This document shows, one piece after another, positions 57,705-64,000 of a stretch of 64,000 bases of DNA. Position numbers and translations under genes: made by a program. The notes below the pieces were generated by a model. That model was not told the DNA's origin and ran no database searches. It worked only from the letters and a program-made list of their open reading frames with translations. This DNA is from an uncultured Verrucomicrobiae bacterium (lineage in GTDB: Bacteria > Verrucomicrobiota > Verrucomicrobiia > Limisphaerales > Palsa-1400): contig CAVXRD010000001.1 in the NCBI GenBank assembly GCA_963764165.1, positions 512,001-576,000 on the forward strand, in the 5' to 3' direction. Position 1 is the stretch's first letter, and each line of letters opens with the position of its first letter.

Positions 57705-59804
57705 ATGCCCTCAATCGCCAAAGAATTATTAGAGAGTTTAGTTCCTGCTCCCTATCTCGTGATCGTAATTGGAACGCTGCTCGCCATTCTACTAGTTGTA
57801 GAGTTTGTGCTTAATCCCGACCTTTGGGGCAGGCTGCGAAAGGCATGGAAGCCTCTTGGTATAATTGCTATTTGCGCCGCCGCGTCGGTGTGTTTGACAT
57901 GGTATTTCCGTGGCGTATTTATGCGGTCACCGGCGGCCCGAACTGTGATCGTTGTTCCAAAATTCCCGGGCGATACAGGCGCGGTTCAACGGGACATCGT
58001 GAACAGCCTTTTAATTGAGTCTCTCAAACTGCAGATCACCAATCTAACCGTCCTCGCGGTTGACGATGTGCTCGATGGCGCTCCTGACTTCGGGGAAGCG
58101 GCGGACGAGAAAGCTCGCAGCATCGGAAGGAAATATAGGGCGTCTTTAGTCCTTTGGGGGGGAGGAATTGGCAGCAGCGGGAAACTGTGGGGGAGAATCA
58201 CAATTACCGACGCGACGGAATTCTTCATGAACAATTATCAACTGGGGCCACAAGCCGTAAATGTGATCCCGCTTCCGGACATTTTGATCCATAAGCCGAT
58301 CCGCCTGGCTCTCATCGCAAGCGGGCTGGCCGCCATTGGGCAAGGGCACTGCGATCTGGCTTTATCGAAGTTTCAACAAGCAACAAACGAACAAGGCTTA
58401 GAATCAAACGAGCTTGCCGCGTGTGCGTTCTACGCCGCAACTTGTCATCTTCGACTGGCCGAACTTACGAACAAGCCTGAGGATGAAGTGATTTATGCCG
58501 CGGATGATTTTCACCTTGCAGCAAAACTCTTTGGCGTCGCAAAAATGACAGAGGGAGAGGTGACCGCTGCCAACAATGAGGCGTATGCCTTGTGGCTTGA
58601 GATTAACCACGCAAAGCCTGAGAAAATTCCTACCCTGCTCAGCAATGCTGTTGATGTCTATAAAGATGCTGAGGGTAAGGTGGACAGGGTGAAGAGCATT
58701 AGGACTTACGGAGTTATTTTGGGTAATAAAGGCGCTGCATTACGCGACTTATCGCTTTTTAGCGGAACGAATTGCCCGGTTATTCTCGCGGACGCAATTC
58801 GGACGTATACGAACGCACTCGCGATTCTTGACGACGGAAGCAATCCTGCTGAGTGCGCGGCGATCCGAAACAACCTTGCAGTGGCGATGCAAGATTTGGC
58901 GGATTACAGCCTGGGAACAAACGTGGCTCTATGCCTTGCCGAATCGACGAAATCGATTGATCTTGCTTTGCGCGAGCGCAATAGTGGTAAGGAACTCGCA
59001 GAGAAGGCTTGTTCGTCGGCAACAATGGCGGCAAACCGATACAAGGTTGCGGCGCATCTTGGGGAATCCGAGGCATGGAGTGAGCTTGCGCTGGCAAGAG
59101 CCGATTGCCGCGAGGCACTTAGGTTCTATGGGCCCGGCAGGATGCCGGATCAATGGATAATCACTTTGAGTTTAAGTGCGGATATTTCGATAGCGCAGGC
59201 GTTAAGGCGACCGCCAACAGAACGACTTTCTTTGCTTAATGAGGCAGTGACGAATTATGCTAAAATACTGGCATTTACGGAGTCCGAAAAGTCGAAGCTA
59301 CAGCACGCTTACGCTCTTAATAACTTCGCAACTGCGCTGAGATATTTATCGATCTCCAGCCCGAGTGATGCCGTCGCGCTATTAAAGGCATCGGCGAAGA
59401 ATTTCGAGGCAGCCGTATCTATCTACGATGTCAAAGGACTCGTTTTGCAGTCCGTGAGAGTCAAGGACAATTTGGGCGTGGTCTGGTCTGATTTGGCGAA
59501 GCTTTCTAGCGGATCAGCGAAAGTCGCGTATTTGACGAACGCAATTGCTACACACGAGGATGTGCTGCGTTTTGTTAGCAAGGATAATTTTGCTCAAGAT
59601 TGGGCGTACGTCGAGTGTAACTACGGCAGCGATCTGTGTGCGATGGCTTCACTCATGAATGGCAAGCAGGCAAAGTCTTTCCGTGATCGCGGGATTATTG
59701 CGTATCAAAGAGCCTTAACTGTATTCGATCCGAGACATTTTCCTTATGAGTTCGACATAGTTATAAAGAAGCTACATCATGAGCAATCGGCTCCGAATAT
59801 CTGA
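57705..59804 (+). CDS. Membrane-anchored tetratricopeptide-repeat protein
   Basis: Two N-terminal TMs; repeats with NNLA/NNFA/DNLG/CNYG...AI..Y..AL; AT-richer codon usage. Confidence 0.8.
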   Translation: MPSIAKELLESLVPAPYLVIVIGTLLAILLVVEFVLNPDLWGRLRKAWKPLGIIAICAAASVCLTWYFRGVFMRSPAARTVIVVPKFPGDTGAVQRDIVNSLLIESLKLQITNLTVLAVDDVLDGAPDFGEAADEKARSIGRKYRASLVLWGGGIGSSGKLWGRITITDATEFFMNNYQLGPQAVNVIPLPDILIHKPIRLALIASGLAAIGQGHCDLALSKFQQATNEQGLESNELAACAFYAATCHLRLAELTNKPEDEVIYAADDFHLAAKLFGVAKMTEGEVTAANNEAYALWLEINHAKPEKIPTLLSNAVDVYKDAEGKVDRVKSIRTYGVILGNKGAALRDLSLFSGTNCPVILADAIRTYTNALAILDDGSNPAECAAIRNNLAVAMQDLADYSLGTNVALCLAESTKSIDLALRERNSGKELAEKACSSATMAANRYKVAAHLGESEAWSELALARADCREALRFYGPGRMPDQWIITLSLSADISIAQALRRPPTERLSLLNEAVTNYAKILAFTESEKSKLQHAYALNNFATALRYLSISSPSDAVALLKASAKNFEAAVSIYDVKGLVLQSVRVKDNLGVVWSDLAKLSSGSAKVAYLTNAIATHEDVLRFVSKDNFAQDWAYVECNYGSDLCAMASLMNGKQAKSFRDRGIIAYQRALTVFDPRHFPYEFDIVIKKLHHEQSAPNI

Positions 59805-59898
59805 CACGAGTTTCTGGGAAGCCGTGTTGCGGAAAATGATTTGCGTAAAAGAGAGCGATCGGAGTTGAGGTTAATAGGCAGTCAGTATTTCCAATTGA

Positions 59899-59928
59899 AT
59901 GAACCGAAATGCGCGGATTTTGATTCAC
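59899..59928. other. Putative tyrosine-recombinase crossover site A
   Basis: ATGAACCGAAAT-GCGCGG-ATTTTGATTCAC: 12-bp imperfect inverted arms around a 6-bp spacer. Confidence 0.75.
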
Positions 59929-59937
59929 AAGAAAAAA

Positions 59938-60558
59938 CTACGCCTGCCCAGAATTTTGACAAGGCTTTTTCTTCGATTTTGTCATGGCCGCCCAAACCCT
60001 TCTGGCCAAGTCCCGTTCCTCGTCGCCGCTTGCATGTAGGTAAATTTCCGTTGTTTCGAGACGCGCGTGACCGAGCCATTTTTTGATAGTGGTCAAAGGC
60101 ACATCTTGCGAAACGCAGGTGATGGCGAAACCGTGGCGCAACCCTTTGGGCGAGGCCATTGCGCCGTTAATGCCTACTTCTGCCATCCGAATTTTAATGA
60201 GACGGTACGCCGTAGGCCGAGACACATTCCAAACGCGGGCTGAAGGTTGCAGCCGCGCTACGAGTTGCCGCAGTAACGTCACAAGGCTGTCAGGGACGGG
60301 CACCGCCCGGAAGCAACCCGGCTTGCGCCGCTTCATTGTCTCAAAGACCAAGGATTTTGCACGAATGTCAACGCGCCCAGCCGTCATATTCAGCGCTTCC
60401 GAGATTCGACAGCCGGTGTAAAGCAGCGTAAGACAAAAGGCCCGGGCGGAACTGTCAGGATCATCGTCAACCGCTCGCAAAAAGGCCTTTTGCTCAGCGC
60501 CATTTAGATACTTCCGAGTGCCCTGCCGGTCGAACAAGTCTGTCTGCTGCGCACTCAC
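59938..60558 (-). CDS. Small tyrosine recombinase (catalytic domain only)
   Basis: YTGCRISE (R), TMKRR (K), SPKGLRHGFA, WLGHA, TTEIY (Y); start probably GTG 60558 (ORF open from TTG 60603). Confidence 0.92.
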   Translation of the reverse strand: MSAQQTDLFDRQGTRKYLNGAEQKAFLRAVDDDPDSSARAFCLTLLYTGCRISEALNMTAGRVDIRAKSLVFETMKRRKPGCFRAVPVPDSLVTLLRQLVARLQPSARVWNVSRPTAYRLIKIRMAEVGINGAMASPKGLRHGFAITCVSQDVPLTTIKKWLGHARLETTEIYLHASGDEERDLARRVWAAMTKSKKKPCQNSGQA

Positions 60559-60560
60559 GG

Positions 60561-60590
60561 GTGAACCAGAATCCGCGCATTTTGATTCAC
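60561..60590. other. Putative tyrosine-recombinase crossover site B (spacer inverted relative to A)
   Basis: GTGAACCAGAAT-CCGCGC-ATTTTGATTCAC; the spacer is the reverse complement of the site A spacer. Confidence 0.75.
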
Positions 60591-60620
60591 GGAAAGATAA
60601 CAAAAATAAGAAGAAAAAAT

Positions 60621-60845
60621 ATGACTATCCAAAAAATCATTGGGGAGAATGGCACGATGCCAGCGCTCTGTGGCCGGGGTTCCTGCCCGGCGGCAATTCT
60701 GGCGGAAAACGGGGATGTGTTTGTGCAGGGCTACGTACCTGCGCCCGACGAGGGCGCGGTGTTGACTGCGCCGACCGGCGAAAGTTTCGTGCGCATGCCG
60801 CGTGCGACGTTTGAGAAAATTGCCCGCCAGGTGCTGGCGGCGTGA
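60621..60845 (+). CDS. Small hypothetical protein (C-x4-CP...VQGY...GE motif), 74 aa
   Basis: MTIQK...LCGRGSCPAAIL.ENGDVFVQGY...PTGESFVRMP; A-rich leader. Confidence 0.7.
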   Translation: MTIQKIIGENGTMPALCGRGSCPAAILAENGDVFVQGYVPAPDEGAVLTAPTGESFVRMPRATFEKIARQVLAA

Positions 60846-60847
60846 AC

Positions 60848-61318
60848 TCATTCGATCTCCATTTGAGCCGCCGGTTGCGGCGGCTCAATTTTTCTCAACA
60901 ACTCATTTACGTGCTTTTGGAAAGACAGCGGATAAAAATGGCCTTTCTCGTGCCAATGCCGCCGCATGTTCTTCATGGTCATGAAGTCAACGAGATTGCG
61001 CTCAATGCTCTCTTTGAGTTCGGGCTGGGCCACTGTGCGCTGCATGTAGGTGAAACTGAGAGACAGTTGATTAAGCCAGAGTTGGAGATAGCGGGTTTGC
61101 CAAAGCGGATCAACATCGTCGTGGTCGTCAAGAATCTTGAACAGAACCGGGTGCGAAAATCCCAAGGCCATCAGTTCGCGATTGATGTCATAAAGTTTGA
61201 CGAGCGAGTCGGACTCGCGCTGACGATTGCCAACATGCAGTTGGAGCGCGACGAAAAACAAACCAACAAGCGATATGATGGTGGAAGCCAGCGAAATAAC
61301 ATGATCCCAAGGCAGCAT
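60848..61318 (-). CDS. Single-TM hypothetical protein (DUF6082-like)
   Basis: GGAGAGG RBS before ATG 61318; N-terminal TM then QL..G..QR; helical domain ending W....FY..SF...V. Confidence 0.7.
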   Translation of the reverse strand: MLPWDHVISLASTIISLVGLFFVALQLHVGNRQRESDSLVKLYDINRELMALGFSHPVLFKILDDHDDVDPLWQTRYLQLWLNQLSLSFTYMQRTVAQPELKESIERNLVDFMTMKNMRRHWHEKGHFYPLSFQKHVNELLRKIEPPQPAAQMEIE

Positions 61319-61402
61319 GTGACCTCTCCCTTTGACAGGCAATTAAGCGGAAAGCGATTAATCCCATTTGGACTAATCGAATTTGGTTGTCAAGGTCGCG
61401 GG

Positions 61403-61702
61403 ATGGATTACTCACCTCGATACGGACAATTTCGGGCGACGCTGCGGCGCATTCGTGTCGAAGCAGGACTGAGCCAAACGGGACTTGCCGCGAAGCTCGG
61501 CAAATCGCAGACATTCGTTTCACGCTCGGAGCTTGGCGAGCGCCGGATTGATTTCATTTAGACGGTGGATTTTTGCGCAGGCTGCGGCGTTACGGTCGGC
61601 GATTTCATGACGCACCTGGCGAACGCCGCACCTCATTCACGGGGGCTGAAACGCAAAAGCCCGCGCCGCATGGACGCAATGGGAAGACTCACTGGCTTGT
61701 AA
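61403..61702 (+). pseudogene. XRE-family HTH regulator with an in-frame TAG
   Basis: MDYSPRYGQFRATLRRIRVEAGLSQTGLAAKLGKSQTFVSRSELGERRIDFI*TVDFCAGCGV...; TAG 61559-61561 sits where XRE proteins usually have Glu (RR.D..E). Confidence 0.75.
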
Positions 61703-61879
61703 CCTGTGAATTTGACACTTAAACACGACATTCTTGCGGAGTGTGCTTCTGACAGCACAGCCATTTCCGGCTTGCGTTTTTTAGCATTGACATGCAGTCT
61801 TTTGAGTGTCGCAGCAGCCAGACGGTCCGCTGACAGTGTTTTAGCGACACGCGAATTTGTTTCGGCAATTGCCGTGAAT

Positions 61880-62722
61880 ATGAACATGGGAGGACGCCAA
61901 AGAGCTTTCACGCTCATTGAGTTGCTGGTGGTCATTACCATCATTGCAATACTGGCCGCGCTCCTGCTTCCGGTGCTTTCCAAGGCCAAACACAACGGTC
62001 AAGACGTCAAGTGTATCAATAATCTCAAGCAAATTTCGACGGGCGGGCTGATGTATCTTGACGAGTGTGGCCCTACGATTCTGGAAAGTGACACAAACGA
62101 AACCACTTACTGGCCGGAACGGTTGGCTCCATACGGAGTAACTACCAATCTGTTGCTTTGTCCGGTGACGCAGATCGTCCCCGTTACCGGGAATGGCGGT
62201 TACAATATAGGCACGGCTTCAGTGAGTTGGTCGTTTTGGCCTCCCCCATTTTCCACCCCGCTGAATGGCTCTTACAGCATGAACGGATGGTTTTTCTCCT
62301 ATGATACAGGCCCGGATAACGGTTGGGATTCACCCGCGCCGCCACCGGTGACCAGTAATCCGAGTTTTTCATTTCGCAATACTTCCGCAATCCAACGCCC
62401 GGCAGTAACACCGTTCTTTAACGATGCAATTGTCTGGGACGAGTGGCCCCTCGAAGTCGATGGGTCTGCGGCGGATTTGTCAACCGGGGCGGGGTTTAGC
62501 ATCTGGGGGATGCAACGCTGCACCATCTGGCGTCACGGCGGTAAAACCGCCACAACAATGACTCCCGTTACGGATTCCATGATACCGCCGATTTATCGGT
62601 TTCCTTCCTCGTCTGCGATAAACATTGGTTTCGCGGATGGGCATGCTCAGGCGGTGAGACTGAAAGACCTTTGGAACCAATATTGGCATTATAATTGGAA
62701 GCCGCCGGTCAATATGCAATAG
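61880..62722 (+). CDS. Prepilin-type N-methylation / H-X9-DG-like protein
   Basis: [29 protein letters not shown]...CINNLKQ; LLCP; SYSMN; RHG...INIGFADGH. Confidence 0.9.
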   Translation: MNMGGRQRAFTLIELLVVITIIAILAALLLPVLSKAKHNGQDVKCINNLKQISTGGLMYLDECGPTILESDTNETTYWPERLAPYGVTTNLLLCPVTQIVPVTGNGGYNIGTASVSWSFWPPPFSTPLNGSYSMNGWFFSYDTGPDNGWDSPAPPPVTSNPSFSFRNTSAIQRPAVTPFFNDAIVWDEWPLEVDGSAADLSTGAGFSIWGMQRCTIWRHGGKTATTMTPVTDSMIPPIYRFPSSSAINIGFADGHAQAVRLKDLWNQYWHYNWKPPVNMQ

Positions 62723-62810
62723 CGCACGTTTTCCCCATGCAACAACCAACCACAAAAACCACCTGAATCTTCAACCAGGCATCAGGGCCTATCCCAGAAA
62801 GATGCAGCCT

Positions 62811-64000
62811 ATGCACAAGACACGTACATTGCTCGTTTTGACGTTCATATTCAGCGTTCTGCTTGCAGCGCGGAGTGCCCACGCTCAAACCCCGGATTGG
62901 GCTGACATGATTGAGGTGTCCGAACTTCCCACCAACGGGGTATTCTTTTCGATTCAGCTATATCCGTCGCCTCCGTGGCCCGCCGACCCATATCCTGATT
63001 TACCGCTCTACACCGACACCAATGTTTCAGGCGTTTACTGGTTTGATGATCGCACCGTCGATTACGGCGAGGCCCGCCATCGCCACCATCACCGGAGCAG
63101 TTCCGGCGGCGGCGTAATTATCGCGGACGATGAGGAGGGGCCGCCAGCCCCCGGTGGAACGAATACAGGCAGCGGCGGCGGCTCGCTTTATGTCCCGACG
63201 TTCACGCCGCCCGGCTTCGGATTTACAAACTGTGATACGTGGACGAATTTCTGGCTCGTGATGAGCCAGACCAACTCGACCACCAATCTTGCCATCGGTG
63301 CCATCTCCAATACGCTGCCCGGCTTGCAATACTGGTTGCTCGCGACAACCAATCTTGCCGATCCCCACTGGACGGTCATCCAGATGTTGACGGCGTCGAA
63401 TTCCTACACGCCGTTCTCGGTGACGACTGGCGGCAGCAATTGCCTGTTCTTGTGGGCGGTCTTAAACACGAACACTTCACCGCCCATCATTACCGTGCCC
63501 CCAACGAATCTCGTGGTTGCCGCAGGGAGTTCGGCCACATTCTCGGTGACGGCCACAGGCGTTCCCTCGGTGGGTTACCAGTGGTATTTCGACGGGACAA
63601 ACTTGCCCGGTGCGACCAGCAGCACGTTTACGATTCCCAGCGTTAGCGCTACGAATCTCGGCATTTACACCGTTTTCGTCACCAATGTGCTGTGTGAGGC
63701 AAGCGCCAGCGCCGGACTCGGCATGATTTGGTCCAATTACCTGGGCCCGATTGACGCCTCTGCGGCCATTGACCCCAAAGGAAACATTTACATCGCAAAC
63801 ATGAATAGCCAATTTTTCTCGCTGACTGCTGCGGGCGCCACCAACTGGACAGCGACTGTCATTACCGGGGCTAACTACAACGACCTGACTCCGTCGGCGA
63901 CATTTTCGCCGGACGGCAGCGCCATATACATCGGGACCCAGGATTCCTCGGGAGGTTATCTCGATGCGTTCAATCCGTCCACAGGTTCTCTGTTGTGGCA
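62811..64000 (+). CDS. Secreted Ig-domain plus PQQ-like beta-propeller protein (partial, 3' end outside window)
   Basis: Absent from the ORF track; hand translation gives MHKTRTLLVLTFIFSVLLAARSAHAQ...PPIITVPPTN...SATFSVTATG...YQWYFDG...SAAIDPKGNIYI...SPDGSAIYIGT, open to the end. Confidence 0.85.
   Translation, partial: MHKTRTLLVLTFIFSVLLAARSAHAQTPDWADMIEVSELPTNGVFFSIQLYPSPPWPADPYPDLPLYTDTNVSGVYWFDDRTVDYGEARHRHHHRSSSGGGVIIADDEEGPPAPGGTNTGSGGGSLYVPTFTPPGFGFTNCDTWTNFWLVMSQTNSTTNLAIGAISNTLPGLQYWLLATTNLADPHWTVIQMLTASNSYTPFSVTTGGSNCLFLWAVLNTNTSPPIITVPPTNLVVAAGSSATFSVTATGVPSVGYQWYFDGTNLPGATSSTFTIPSVSATNLGIYTVFVTNVLCEASASAGLGMIWSNYLGPIDASAAIDPKGNIYIANMNSQFFSLTAAGATNWTATVITGANYNDLTPSATFSPDGSAIYIGTQDSSGGYLDAFNPSTGSLLW

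Noticed and set aside
16587..61561. Amber (TAG) recoding suggested by two in-frame TAGs
   Set aside because: TAG is the evident true stop of GH18, cheR, the recombinase and the pilin-like gene at 62722; independent nonsense mutations or sequencing errors are simpler
56100..62800. Prophage or ICE
   Set aside because: No structural, replication or conjugation genes, no tRNA or flanking att direct repeats; the recombinase lacks an arm-binding domain

Overview
GC-rich bacterial DNA, most likely Verrucomicrobiota (Pedosphaera/Limisphaerales-like). This is inferred from three N-methylation/H-X9-DG pilin-like genes, Ig/LamG surface proteins sharing a C-terminal '...FYR/FYK' domain, OB-fold sensor kinases and a Lys/Ala-rich 'RARWAK' nucleoid protein. 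Layout: (i) glycan-utilisation block at 0.5-25 kb with a LamG/Ig protein, GH20, GH18, two GH78 and two NarL-type two-component systems, interrupted by a small AT-richer accessory patch (16.3-18.9 kb, DUF3883 nuclease); (ii) YfhO-like protein, ArsB-type permease and tandem TlpA-like proteins; (iii) a complete cytoplasmic chemosensory operon ending in a PAS-GAF kinase (36.7-46.2 kb); (iv) a REP-bounded operon with a tetraether-synthase (Tes/MJ0619)-like radical SAM enzyme, a divergent Lgt paralog and four paralogous small membrane proteins, three ending in a lipobox-like GC motif (46.6-50.1 kb); (v) CCA/HD enzyme, pilin-like/WD40 pair and two sugar epimerases; (vi) an accessory region (56-62 kb) with a candidate four-hairpin sRNA, a TPR protein and a small tyrosine recombinase gene bracketed by two 30-bp lox-like sites with inverted spacers. 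The best candidates for novel systems are the Tes-like/Lgt-like/lipobox-peptide operon, the apparently self-inverting recombinase cassette and a CBM67-like sensor kinase. No rRNA, tRNA or CRISPR array was seen. All family assignments come from motif recognition by eye; no database search was run.
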